Of a stretch of DNA of 32,042 bases, positions 1 through 8,846 are shown piece after piece; the stretch's first letter is position 1; each line of letters starts with the position of its first letter. Origin of the DNA: Clostridia bacterium. GTDB taxonomy: Bacteria > Bacillota > Clostridia > Oscillospirales > Butyricicoccaceae. The stretch lies in NCBI GenBank assembly GCA_017547995.1, contig JAFYNW010000229.1:1-32042 (forward strand). The letters run 5' to 3'. Below the pieces are notes generated by a model. It saw only the letters and a list, made by a program, of their open reading frames with translations, was not told the origin of the DNA and made no database searches. The position numbers and the translations under genes are program-made.

Positions 1-948
1 AACTACTGTATGGAGTGACTGATATCCGTTTGGCTTAGGAGTACTGATATAGTCCTTGAATCTGCCTGGTACAGGCTTATAAATATCATGAACGTAGCCA
101 AGTACGTTATAGCAGTCAGAAAGATTTTCTACGATAACGCGCATAGCGCAGATATCATACATTTCGGAGAAATCAAGATTCTGACCGTAAAGCTTTCTGT
201 AAATACTGTAAACGTGCTTTACTCTTCCCTTAATTTCACAGCTTATCCCTGCATCGCGAAGCTTTTCGCCGATATTCTGCTGAACGCCTTCGAGGAAAAT
301 CTCAAGGTCTTTTTCCTTATCAGCAATATAAGACATAATTTCCTTGTATCCGATAGGGTCGAGAATCTTGAGTGAAAGGTCTTCAAGCTCCCATTTCATG
401 CTCTGCATACCAAGACGGTTAGCAAGTGGAGCATAAATTTCCATAGTTTCAAGGGATTTTTCAACCTGTTTTCTTTCAGACCAGAACATACTTGTGCGCA
501 TATTATGAAGTCTGTCGCACAATTTGATGATAATTACACGGATATCCTTTGCCATAGCAATAAACATACGGCGCAGGTCTTCCATCTGTGCTTCTTCTTT
601 ACTGTCGTATACGATTTTACCAAGCTTTGTAACGCCGTCTACAAGACGCACCACGTCAGAGCCAAATTCACTTTCAACAGCTTCAGACGTTACGTCTGTG
701 TCTTCAACACAGTCGTGAAGAAGTGCTGCTACCATAGAGGTGCGGTCCAGACCGATTTCCGAAAGAATAATCGCAACGTGAAGCGGATGTGTGATATATT
801 CTTCGCCACTTTTTCTGATCTGACCCTTATGCGCCTTTCTTGCATACTCGTATGCTCTTGTAACTTCTGCCTTATCGTCGGCAGAAACGTTTTTCATAAG
901 TATTTCAAATAATTCTTCAGCAGTTTGCAGTCTTGGCTTTTCAGTCAT
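1..948 (-). CDS. relA: Bifunctional (p)ppGpp synthetase/hydrolase RelA/SpoT family, N-terminal part (3' end runs off the window)
   Basis: Not in the ORF track because it is open at the window edge. My translation of the minus strand from ATG at 948 gives MTEKPRLQTAEELFEILMKNV...HKGQIRKSGEEYITHPLHVAIIL...AALLHDCVEDT (HD hydrolase motifs), then ...GRVKHVYSIYRKL...DICAMRVIV...YISTPKPNGYQSLHTVV (synthetase motifs). GGGGTGAG RBS lies upstream. It sits 11 nt downstream of the recJ stop, the conserved recJ-relA order. Confidence 0.9.
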   Translation of the reverse strand, partial: MTEKPRLQTAEELFEILMKNVSADDKAEVTRAYEYARKAHKGQIRKSGEEYITHPLHVAIILSEIGLDRTSMVAALLHDCVEDTDVTSEAVESEFGSDVVRLVDGVTKLGKIVYDSKEEAQMEDLRRMFIAMAKDIRVIIIKLCDRLHNMRTSMFWSERKQVEKSLETMEIYAPLANRLGMQSMKWELEDLSLKILDPIGYKEIMSYIADKEKDLEIFLEGVQQNIGEKLRDAGISCEIKGRVKHVYSIYRKLYGQNLDFSEMYDICAMRVIVENLSDCYNVLGYVHDIYKPVPGRFKDYISTPKPNGYQSLHTVV

Positions 949-959
949 AACACTCACCC

Positions 960-3032
960 CTATCTATCCTTGCTGAGTTTGATGAGATCCTGCAGAATAA
1001 GAGATTTATTCAAATCCACCTTTCCTGCTATATCATTCATTTGTATTTTTGCCATATTGCCATTCAATTCATACGAAACTATACCAAATTCCTTCATTAC
1101 GTCAAGGCAAATCAGGAATTTTGCGAGATTCATATTATTCTTGGCTTCATATTTAACTTTTCTGTATCTTACTGTTACATCTATTTCTGATTTAACGATT
1201 TTACACTTAAGATGTCTGAAAACAGAAACAATATCATCGCGTGATGGAACAATTATCTGGGCCATTTCAGGAGATATAGATTTGCGTTCTGTATACTTCT
1301 TATATACATCCATGTATTTTTCGTCATAATTGATTTCAGAAGCAGAGAACTTTATATCCTTGATAACGAGCTGCACCGAGCGGTTGCCCCTGAATTCATT
1401 GATATCAGCCGAACAGACGATATCCACCATGTCACCTTCTGTAAACTGGCAACCGATTGTAGGAAGGCCAAAACCGAGAGCATAGAATGCTCTGCCGTTT
1501 CTTGCCACCTTAAGCTTTACGTGCTTATCCTTGCCGATTGGAGTAAGCTCTTCGATATGCATATTTCTGATAACGAAAATTGGCTGAGGATTTTCCATGC
1601 CGAATGGCTCGAGAGTTTCAAGGCTTTGCACCTGTGCCATAGAAAGCATTTCCGGAGTTACTTCGCAGTCAACAATGATAGTCGGAACAATATCCTCTTC
1701 ATTGATGACGTTGATACAATAGTTATTGAGTGCTTTTCTGAAATCGTAAAGCTTATCCTTTGCTATTGTAAGACCGACAGCCATTTCGTGACCGCCGTAT
1801 TTTTCAAGGTATTCGCTGTTCTTCTCAAGAGCCTGATAGAGATTGAATCCCTTGATACTTCTGCCTGAACCCTTGCCACTCTCATTGTCGAGAGAAATAA
1901 GAACTGTAGGCGCGGAATATTTTTCAGCAAGTCTTGAAGCAACGATACCGATAACACCATTATGCCAGTTTTCACCCCAAAGAACGATAGCCTTGTCTTC
2001 ATCCTTGTTGAATTCAGACTCCATTCTCGCTGTAATTTCCTTATGGATTTCATTTTCAGCTTCCTGCCGCTGTGCATTCATCTCGCAGAGAAGATCAGCA
2101 AGCTCAGCCGCTTCTCTGTCGTCGTCTGTAAGAAGCATTCTTGCGGACGTAGCAGCACCGCCCAGACGTCCCGCCGCATTGATTCGTGGTGCCATCATAA
2201 AGCTGACGTTGGATGCTGTAATAGTTTTACCATATATATTAAGTTTTTTCATAAGAGCGTACAAGCCCTTATTCTTTGTCTTTTCGAGAAGCTTGAGACC
2301 ATTTGAAACGATAGCTCTGTTTTCCGAAACAAGCGGCATGACATCGGCAATAGTACCTATCGCAACGATATCTCCATAGAGATTCATCATTTCTTCAATA
2401 GTCTTATTTTCTCTTTCAAGTGCACAAAGAAGCTTGAAAGCAACACCTACACCCGCAAGTTCCTTGAAAGGATAGTTGCTGTCCAGTCTTCTTGGGTTTA
2501 CAACAGCTTCTGCATCAGGCAATTCTTCCTTGCATTCATGATGGTCTGTAATAACCACACTCATACCAAGACTTCTTGCGTAAGCTGTTTCTTCAATAGC
2601 TGTAATGCCTGAGTCAACCGTAATCAGAAGCTCAACGCCATTGTTGTGCAAAGTATCAATGGCCTGCATATTAAGGCCGTAGCCTTCACTCATTCTGTCA
2701 GGAATATAGTACTCATATCTGGCATTTTTACTTTCCAGGTATTTGACTATAGCACATGTCGCAGTAACACCGTCAACGTCATAGTCGCCGTATACAGCTA
2801 TCTTTTTATCATTTGCCAATGCATTTTCAATCTCACGGACAGCCTTGTCCATATCAGGTATCAAAAACGGATCCAGAAGCATAGAGAGATCTGTTCTTAA
2901 AAACTCGACGACTTGCTCTTTATTTTCCATTCCTCTTGCGAGCAAAACCATTTGCGCAAGATTCATAAGATTGCAGCTGGCAGGATTTATTCTATTTTCC
3001 AAAGAGCGTAGCTCCCATTTCTTATTCTTCAT
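960..3032 (-). CDS. recJ: Single-stranded-DNA-specific exonuclease RecJ
   Basis: 690 aa ORF with DHH-family motifs (AVYGDYDVDGVT, VITDHHE, GGHEMAVG). AGGTGGGA RBS before the ATG. Synteny with relA. Confidence 0.95.
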   Translation of the reverse strand: MKNKKWELRSLENRINPASCNLMNLAQMVLLARGMENKEQVVEFLRTDLSMLLDPFLIPDMDKAVREIENALANDKKIAVYGDYDVDGVTATCAIVKYLESKNARYEYYIPDRMSEGYGLNMQAIDTLHNNGVELLITVDSGITAIEETAYARSLGMSVVITDHHECKEELPDAEAVVNPRRLDSNYPFKELAGVGVAFKLLCALERENKTIEEMMNLYGDIVAIGTIADVMPLVSENRAIVSNGLKLLEKTKNKGLYALMKKLNIYGKTITASNVSFMMAPRINAAGRLGGAATSARMLLTDDDREAAELADLLCEMNAQRQEAENEIHKEITARMESEFNKDEDKAIVLWGENWHNGVIGIVASRLAEKYSAPTVLISLDNESGKGSGRSIKGFNLYQALEKNSEYLEKYGGHEMAVGLTIAKDKLYDFRKALNNYCINVINEEDIVPTIIVDCEVTPEMLSMAQVQSLETLEPFGMENPQPIFVIRNMHIEELTPIGKDKHVKLKVARNGRAFYALGFGLPTIGCQFTEGDMVDIVCSADINEFRGNRSVQLVIKDIKFSASEINYDEKYMDVYKKYTERKSISPEMAQIIVPSRDDIVSVFRHLKCKIVKSEIDVTVRYRKVKYEAKNNMNLAKFLICLDVMKEFGIVSYELNGNMAKIQMNDIAGKVDLNKSLILQDLIKLSKDR

Positions 3033-3062
3033 AGTCCCACCTATTATACTTTATAATAATAA

Positions 3063-3091
3063 ATTATAACAAATTTTTAAGAATTAAACAA
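3063..3091 (-). promoter_or_regulatory. Candidate sigma-A promoter for recJ (TTGTTT-17 nt-TATAAT with TGn extended -10)
   Basis: The minus strand reads TTGTTT AATTCTTAAAAATTTGT TATAAT, about 30 nt upstream of the recJ start. Confidence 0.45.
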
Positions 3092-3120
3092 GTGTATTTA
3101 TTAAAAAAAGTACAATTTTA

Positions 3121-3155
3121 TATAAAATAAAAAGTGGGATTTTCGTCCCACTTTT
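3121..3155 (-). terminator. Rho-independent terminator after lgt
   Basis: Minus strand: AAAAGTGGGA-CGAAAA-TCCCACTTTT followed by TATTTTAT. It begins 5 nt after the lgt stop. Confidence 0.7.
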
Positions 3156-3160
3156 CAACG

Positions 3161-4093
3161 TTAGATATTATTTTCTTCAGTTTTGGTTTCTGCTGTTTCT
3201 TCTGTTGCTTCAGCTTCGATATCAGCTTCTTCCGGAGCTACTTCAGCGGGTGCTTCTGTATCTTCAAGAGGGATTTCAACACCGGATGCTACGAGAGCAG
3301 GTGTACCCTTTTTTGTCTTGTAAAAATATGCAAGTGCAGCCACTGCAAGAACACAGCTTACTGCAGCGAGAAGCTGAGAAACCCTGAGGTTTGTGTTGCC
3401 AATCATGAGGCTGTCGATTCTGAGACCTTCGATAAAAGCTCTGCCAAGACCATACCATGCAATGTAAAGAAGTGTCATTTCACCCTTGAACTTTCTCTTC
3501 TTGGAATACGTATGAAGAAGAACGAAGCCGAGAGTATTCCAGAGAGATTCATAAAGGAACGTAGGGTGAACAGGAGAACCTGTTACCTGAATGGACTTTC
3601 TGATAACCATACCCCATGGGAGGTCTGTTGTTGTGCCGTAAGCTTCAGCGTTGAAGAAGTTGCCCCATCTGCCGATTGCCTGGCCAATAAAAAGGCTGAT
3701 AGCGCCAAGATCGAGGAGTGAAATCATATCAATCTTCTTGATCTTGGAATAAAGCATAATAACAAGTGCCGATGCAATGATAGCACCGTAAATAGCAATA
3801 CCGCCATTCCATACCTTTATTATTTCATCTGTGTGCTGTGAATAGTAGTCCCATTTGTGAAGAACGTAGTATGCTCTTGCGCCGACGATAGCAGCAGGAA
3901 GAACAAAAATAAGAAGATCTGCGATAGTATCTCCGTCAGAATTGAATTCCTTTGCCCTTGCCATTGCGTAAAGAGCTGCAAGAAGGAAGCCAATCATAAT
4001 CATAACGGCATAGATTTTAATCCCGAAGAATGTTTCTGTAGGAACAGTAAGGATATCGTCAAACAGACCCGGGAATGTAATGTAGTGTGTCAT
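3161..4093 (-). CDS. lgt: Prolipoprotein diacylglyceryl transferase (Lgt) with an acidic low-complexity C-terminal tail
   Basis: 310 aa polytopic membrane protein with Lgt signatures (GGIAIYGAIIA, GRWGNFFNAEAYG, HPTFLYESLWN). AAGGAG RBS 6 nt before the ATG. Confidence 0.95.
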   Translation of the reverse strand: MTHYITFPGLFDDILTVPTETFFGIKIYAVMIMIGFLLAALYAMARAKEFNSDGDTIADLLIFVLPAAIVGARAYYVLHKWDYYSQHTDEIIKVWNGGIAIYGAIIASALVIMLYSKIKKIDMISLLDLGAISLFIGQAIGRWGNFFNAEAYGTTTDLPWGMVIRKSIQVTGSPVHPTFLYESLWNTLGFVLLHTYSKKRKFKGEMTLLYIAWYGLGRAFIEGLRIDSLMIGNTNLRVSQLLAAVSCVLAVAALAYFYKTKKGTPALVASGVEIPLEDTEAPAEVAPEEADIEAEATEETAETKTEENNI

Positions 4094-4129
4094 TGTTTGC
4101 TCCTTTTTCGTTTTTGAACTGTACCTTAT

Positions 4130-4158
4130 ATTATAACATAGGCATTTATTTTCCGCAA
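4130..4158 (-). promoter_or_regulatory. Candidate sigma-A promoter for lgt (TTGCGG-17 nt-TATAAT, extended TGn)
   Basis: The minus strand reads TTGCGG AAAATAAATGCCTATGT TATAAT, upstream of the lgt RBS. Confidence 0.45.
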
Positions 4159-4212
4159 TATGGTGCTGTGTAAAAACATTGCGAAATTTTAAAAATATTT
4201 TTCAAAATTCTC

Positions 4213-4241
4213 TTGACAAGACGCGAAAGATAAAGTATACT
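4213..4241 (+). promoter_or_regulatory. Near-consensus sigma-A promoter for the ylxM-ffh-rpsP operon (TTGACA-17 nt-TATACT)
   Basis: TTGACA at 4213-4218, a 17-nt spacer, and TATACT at 4236-4241, about 34 nt upstream of the ylxM ATG. Confidence 0.65.
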
Positions 4242-4274
4242 ATGTAAAGTGATTTACTTTACAGGAGGTGTTGT

Positions 4275-4649
4275 ATGAAAAGTGATACTTATTATATGAC
4301 TATGCTCTATGATTTTTACGGTAATTTGCTTACAGATAAACAGAAGGATCTTTTCGATCTTTACTATAATGAGGACCTTTCCCTTTCTGAAATCGCCGAT
4401 AACATCGGGATTACACGTCAGGGTGTACGCGACGGTATTATGCGCTCCGAGCATATGCTGAGAGATACAGAGGATAAGCTTGGTCTTGTCAAAAGATATT
4501 CCAACATCCAGGGTTCTCTCGACAGCATTCAGGATGCTATCAGCGAAATTGCACGTGTAAATGCAATGCAGGTTAAGAATCCTACTATCGCTAAAAATAT
4601 AGATATTATCGTCAATATGGTCAAGTTGCTCTCCGAGCAGGAAAAATAG
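4275..4649 (+). CDS. ylxM: YlxM/UPF0122 family putative HTH protein (SRP-associated)
   Basis: 124 aa. It has a sigma-70 region-4-like HTH (LSLSEIADNIGITRQGVRDGI), the conserved position immediately upstream of ffh, and an AGGAGG RBS. Confidence 0.85.
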   Translation: MKSDTYYMTMLYDFYGNLLTDKQKDLFDLYYNEDLSLSEIADNIGITRQGVRDGIMRSEHMLRDTEDKLGLVKRYSNIQGSLDSIQDAISEIARVNAMQVKNPTIAKNIDIIVNMVKLLSEQEK

Positions 4650-4658
4650 GAGTAATAT

Positions 4659-5999
4659 ATGGCATTTGAAGGTCTTGGAGATAAGCTTTCATCAGTTTTT
4701 AAGAAGCTTAAATCCCATACTCGTCTGACCGAGTCAGATATCAAGGAAGCCACCCGTGAAATACGTATGGCCCTTCTCGAAGCCGACGTTAACTTTAAAG
4801 TAGCCAAGGACTTCGTAGCACGCATCAACGAAAAGGCTGTTGGTGTGGACATTCTCGAAAGCCTTTCCCCTGCTCAGCAGGTTATCAAAATCGTTAACGA
4901 AGAACTTACAGCTCTTCTCGGTGGTTCTCAGGCAAAGCTTAACATGGCTTCCCAGCCACCAACAGTTGTTATGTTTGTAGGTCTTCAGGGTGCCGGTAAA
5001 ACAACAAACGCTGCAAAGCTTGCCGGCTACTATAAAAAGAGAGAAAGCAAACGCCCTCTTCTCTGTGCATGTGACGTTTATCGTCCAGCCGCTATCAATC
5101 AGCTCAAGGTCGTAGGTGAATCTCTCGGTATTCCTGTTTTCGAACAGGGTCTCGGCAATCCTATTGAAATTGCAAAAAACGCTTACGCTCACGCTAAGCT
5201 CCACGGCAATGATCTTCTCATCATCGATACAGCAGGTCGTCTTCACATCGACGAACAGCTTATGAATGAGCTTAAGGAAATCAAGGCTGAAATCAAGCCA
5301 CATGAAATTATGCTTGTTGTCGATGCTATGACAGGTCAGGACGCTGTTAATGCTGCAAGTGCTTTCAATGAAGCTCTCGGTATTGACTCCGTGCTTATGT
5401 CAAAGCTTGACGGTGACGCACGAGGCGGTGCTGCCCTTTCTGTTAAATCTGTTACAGGTAAGCCTATCAAGTTTATCGGTACAGGCGAAAAGCTTGACGC
5501 TATCGAGCCTTTCCATCCTGACAGAATGGCTTCACGTATTCTCGGTATGGGCGACGTCCTCTCCCTTATCGAAAAAGCTCAGACTACTTTCGACGAAAAG
5601 AAGGCTCTCGAACAGGTCAAGAAAATGCAGACTGGTAAGTTCACTCTTACAGACTTCCTTGATCAGCTTTCTCAGATGAAGAATATGGGCTCTATGGCTG
5701 AACTCGCAGCTATGCTCCCTGGCAACATGGGCAAATCCATTGGCGATGCAAAGGTTGATGAAAAGCAGCTTGCAAGAACAGAAGCTATCATCCTCTCTAT
5801 GACACCAAAGGAACGAGAAAATCCCGACATTCTCAACTTCTCACGCAAGAAACGTATTGCAGCAGGCTGCGGCCTTAAGGTTGAAGACGTCAACCGTCTG
5901 CTCAAACAGTATGATATGACTCAGCAGATGATCAAACAGTTCTCCAGCAAAGGAAAAACAAAAAAACGTGGATTTGGCGGCTTCAAACTGCCTTTTTAA
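4659..5999 (+). CDS. ffh: Signal recognition particle protein Ffh
   Basis: 446 aa. It has the NG domain (GLQGAGKTT, DTAGR, KLDGDARGG) and a Met-rich M domain (MGSMAELAAMLPG). Confidence 0.97.
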   Translation: MAFEGLGDKLSSVFKKLKSHTRLTESDIKEATREIRMALLEADVNFKVAKDFVARINEKAVGVDILESLSPAQQVIKIVNEELTALLGGSQAKLNMASQPPTVVMFVGLQGAGKTTNAAKLAGYYKKRESKRPLLCACDVYRPAAINQLKVVGESLGIPVFEQGLGNPIEIAKNAYAHAKLHGNDLLIIDTAGRLHIDEQLMNELKEIKAEIKPHEIMLVVDAMTGQDAVNAASAFNEALGIDSVLMSKLDGDARGGAALSVKSVTGKPIKFIGTGEKLDAIEPFHPDRMASRILGMGDVLSLIEKAQTTFDEKKALEQVKKMQTGKFTLTDFLDQLSQMKNMGSMAELAAMLPGNMGKSIGDAKVDEKQLARTEAIILSMTPKERENPDILNFSRKKRIAAGCGLKVEDVNRLLKQYDMTQQMIKQFSSKGKTKKRGFGGFKLPF

Positions 6000-6049
6000 A
6001 TAAAAAATAATTATAAAAAACATACAAACATTTACGGAGGAAATTAAAA

Positions 6050-6289
6050 ATGGTTAAAATCAGACTTAGAAGAATGGGCGCAAAGAAGAACCCTATTTAT
6101 CGTATCGTTGTAGCAGATTCCCGTTACCCACGTGACGGCCGTTTCATCGAACTTCTCGGCACATACAACCCAAACACTAACCCAAGCGAATTCAAGATCG
6201 ATGCAGAACGTGCAACAGCATGGATCAAGGACGGCGCTCAGCCAACAGATACAGTTCGCGCTTTGCTCAAAAAAGCAGGTGTTTTGTAA
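6050..6289 (+). CDS. rpsP: 30S ribosomal protein S16
   Basis: 79 aa beginning [33 protein letters not shown]. Confidence 0.97.
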   Translation: MVKIRLRRMGAKKNPIYRIVVADSRYPRDGRFIELLGTYNPNTNPSEFKIDAERATAWIKDGAQPTDTVRALLKKAGVL

Positions 6290-6292
6290 TCT

Positions 6293-6538
6293 ATGGCTAA
6301 CACAAACTTGACCGAGCTTTTGACCTACATAGCCAAAAGCTTAGTGGACAACCCTGATGAAGTGTCTGTTGTAGGCGTTCTTGAGGGTGACACTCTCACT
6401 TTGCAGCTTCGTGTTGCAAGTGGTGATATGGGCAGAGTTATCGGCAAGCAAGGCAGAATTGCGAAAGAGATTCGTACTATTGTAAAAGCTGTCGGTAGCC
6501 GTCAGAACCAGAGAGTACTGGTCGACATTTTAGACTAA
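6293..6538 (+). CDS. khpA: KH-domain RNA-binding protein (YlqC/KhpA family)
   Basis: 81 aa with the GxxG KH motif (VIGKQGRIAKEIR). Conserved location between rpsP and rimM. Confidence 0.85.
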   Translation: MANTNLTELLTYIAKSLVDNPDEVSVVGVLEGDTLTLQLRVASGDMGRVIGKQGRIAKEIRTIVKAVGSRQNQRVLVDILD

Positions 6539-6543
6539 TCAAA

Positions 6544-6580
6544 AAAGGACTGCTTTTATATAAAGTAGTCCTTTATTTGT
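6544..6580 (+). terminator. Candidate intra-operon terminator/attenuator hairpin between khpA and rimM
   Basis: AAAGGACTGC ... GTAGTCCTTT stem (10 bp including one G-U) followed by ATTTG. The T-tract is weak, so read-through into rimM-trmD is likely. Confidence 0.4.
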
Positions 6581-6597
6581 AATATCAGGAGATAATT

Positions 6598-7101
6598 ATG
6601 ACTTTTTTAGAAGCCGGAAAAATTATTAATACACATGGCATCAAAGGTGAAGTTAAAATCGAAAACTATTGTGATGATGACGTCTTCTTCAAGAAAATCA
6701 AAACAATTTACGTCGATTCTACTCCATATAATATCATTTCCCAGCGTACTCATAAGTCTTTCATCCTCGCTATGCTTGAAAATATAGATACAGTTGAAAA
6801 GGCTATGGCGCTTAAGAACAAGATTGTTTATTTCGACAAGGATTCCATCAAGTTGAAAAAGGGTCAGTTCTTCATTTCTGACGTTATAGGTTTCGAAGTA
6901 TTTGACGAGCGTTCTGCAAAAAATATCGGTAAGCTCAGCCGTGTAGATGAATTGCCTCACACAAGACTTTACGTTGTAAAGAATGAAGATAATATCGATA
7001 TTCTCATCCCTGACGTACCTGCATTCATCAAGAACGTTGATTTCGATTCAAAGACAATTACTGTTTCTACAATAGAAGGTATGTTGCCTGATGAAAATTG
7101 A
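6598..7101 (+). CDS. rimM: 16S rRNA processing protein RimM
   Basis: 167 aa. N-terminal GKIINTHGIKGEVKI and a PRC-barrel C-terminal part. AGGAG RBS. Its end overlaps the trmD start by 11 nt. Confidence 0.9.
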   Translation: MTFLEAGKIINTHGIKGEVKIENYCDDDVFFKKIKTIYVDSTPYNIISQRTHKSFILAMLENIDTVEKAMALKNKIVYFDKDSIKLKKGQFFISDVIGFEVFDERSAKNIGKLSRVDELPHTRLYVVKNEDNIDILIPDVPAFIKNVDFDSKTITVSTIEGMLPDEN

Positions 7102-7819
7102 TATCCTCACTCTCTTTCCTGAGCAGATCGAAGCAGTTCTTGGCGGAAGTATCATCGGCAGAGCTCAGGCAGCAGGCATTGTTTCAATAGAAGCACATAA
7201 TATAAGAGATTACACACTCAGCAAGCAGAAACGTGTGGACGACTCCCCTTACGGTGGCGGTGCAGGTATGGTTATGCAGTGTGAGCCTCTCTCCCGCTGT
7301 CTTGATGCTGTAAAAAATGGTGAAACGGTACATACAATTCTCATGTCCCCTCGTGGCAAGGTTTTCAATCAGGAAAAAGCCAGAGAGCTTGCTTCTCTCG
7401 GCAGATTCGCTATCGTTTGCGGACATTATGAAGGTATCGACCAGAGATTCATCGACGAATGTGTTGATGAAGAAATTTCTCTCGGTGACTTTGTTCTCAC
7501 AGGTGGAGAAATTGCGGCAATGGCAGTTTCCGATGCTGTATGCAGATTGATTCCCGGCGTCCTTTCCGAAACTGTATGCTTTGAGGATGAAAGCCATTGG
7601 AATGGCCTTCTCGAATATCCTCAGTATACTCGCCCTGAAGTGTGGAATGGTATTCCTGTACCGGCCGTACTTCTCTCAGGCCATCACAAGAATATTGAAG
7701 AATGGCGTATGTATCAGTCGCTTACTATCACAAAAGAAAAGCGTCCTGATATGTATGAGAAAATCACACTCACAAAGGCTCAGCAAAAAATCATTAAAAA
7801 ATTCGAAGAAACAAAATAA
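7091..7819 (+). CDS. trmD: tRNA (guanine37-N1)-methyltransferase TrmD
   Basis: 242 aa. Begins MKIDILTLFPE, with DDSPYGGGAGMVM and CGHYEGIDQR motifs. Confidence 0.95.
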   Translation: MKIDILTLFPEQIEAVLGGSIIGRAQAAGIVSIEAHNIRDYTLSKQKRVDDSPYGGGAGMVMQCEPLSRCLDAVKNGETVHTILMSPRGKVFNQEKARELASLGRFAIVCGHYEGIDQRFIDECVDEEISLGDFVLTGGEIAAMAVSDAVCRLIPGVLSETVCFEDESHWNGLLEYPQYTRPEVWNGIPVPAVLLSGHHKNIEEWRMYQSLTITKEKRPDMYEKITLTKAQQKIIKKFEETK

Positions 7820-7850
7820 AACCGATATCACACGATATCGGTTTTATTGT
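7818..7850. terminator. Bidirectional rho-independent terminator between convergent trmD and the prsA-like gene
   Basis: AAAACCGATATC-ACAC-GATATCGGTTTT perfect 12-bp stem, with A-run and T-run flanks on both sides. Confidence 0.8.
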
Positions 7851-7851
7851 T

Positions 7852-8838
7852 TTACTTGATATATTCGCGGTAATTGGACGCGTTAATGTTGTTATATACG
7901 TCGGATACCTTCACGACCGCACTCGCCTTCCACTCTTCGAGCAACAATTCATACTTGAGGTCTGTTGCTTCATTCAGGATTTCCTCATGATTTTTATCAA
8001 AATACCCTGCGTCAGCCGGATATCTTTTGATGATGTAGAAACCGTCAGTAGATGCATATGGACCACCGATTTCATTTTCTTCAAGCTCAAGTGCATGGCA
8101 GAAAACGTCTTCATCCTGAATTTCAAGCTTGGAATATACAAATCCATCAGGATATATTCTCATTCGATAGTCATCGTTATATTTTTCGATGAGAAGGTCA
8201 AAATCCTTTTCAGGCTCTCTTGAGCCTTCTGCTACAATACGCGCAAGATTAAGCTGTTCATCATATTCAGTGCCGGAAAGTTGTAAACCGTCCTCACCTA
8301 CGTTAGTCATACAGATGTACTTGATCTTAACGTAATTTTCAGCAAAGAACTGTCTGAGAGACTCATCTGTAAATCCAATGCTTTCAGGCTGGTCAGTATT
8401 TTCAGTAAGATATGCAAGCAGCTTATTGTGATAATAACCCTGCTCCTGAGTTTTCTTATAAACTCTGTCATTCAATGCAGATTCATTAAGAAATTCAAGG
8501 TATTTTGCACTTCCGCCCAAATCTTCAATAAACTCATCACGAAGAGCCTTTACTTCCGCCTCTTCTTCATCAGTAAGCTCAAGATTATATTCTTTACACT
8601 TCTGGAGGACTATCGTATTGCTGACAGCACTTTCAAGTGCATTCTCTTTAATTTTATCCATCTGTTCTTTTGTAAGCTCTTCTGGATTTTCATACGACAA
8701 AAGCTCATAGTTAAGATAATACGCAAACTCACTTCCGTCGATTTTATCTCCATTGATAGTTACAACAACAGGACTTGCCACGCATCCGCTCAGAAGCAGG
8801 AGGCAAAGCATAAACGATAATAAACGTAATTTTTTCAT
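7852..8838 (-). CDS. PrsA/SurA-like foldase lipoprotein with a divergent parvulin-type domain
   Basis: 328 aa. Lipoprotein signal peptide with lipobox (LLLLSGC). A SurA-N-like start (VVVTINGDKIDGSEFAYYL). A C-terminal segment resembles a parvulin PPIase fold (DFDLLIEKYNDD...ENEIGGPYASTDGFYIIKRY). The position downstream of mfd is typical of clostridial prsA-like genes. Confidence 0.6.
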   Translation of the reverse strand: MKKLRLLSFMLCLLLLSGCVASPVVVTINGDKIDGSEFAYYLNYELLSYENPEELTKEQMDKIKENALESAVSNTIVLQKCKEYNLELTDEEEAEVKALRDEFIEDLGGSAKYLEFLNESALNDRVYKKTQEQGYYHNKLLAYLTENTDQPESIGFTDESLRQFFAENYVKIKYICMTNVGEDGLQLSGTEYDEQLNLARIVAEGSREPEKDFDLLIEKYNDDYRMRIYPDGFVYSKLEIQDEDVFCHALELEENEIGGPYASTDGFYIIKRYPADAGYFDKNHEEILNEATDLKYELLLEEWKASAVVKVSDVYNNINASNYREYIK

Positions 8839-8846
8839 TATTTCAC

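Noticed and set aside
88-1329. Track ORFs 88..375, 505..912, 524..718 and 925..1329 on the + strand
   Set aside because: They lie antisense to the clearly recognisable relA N-terminal region (1..948) and the recJ 3' end. The sequences are low-complexity or hydrophobic nonsense.
3164-3277. Acidic Glu/Ala/Thr-rich C-terminal tail of Lgt (EAPAEVAPEEADIEAEATEETAETKTEENNI)
   Set aside because: It is low-complexity sequence beyond the conserved Lgt core. It is probably a disordered cytoplasmic tail and gives no evidence of a separate function or a fused gene.
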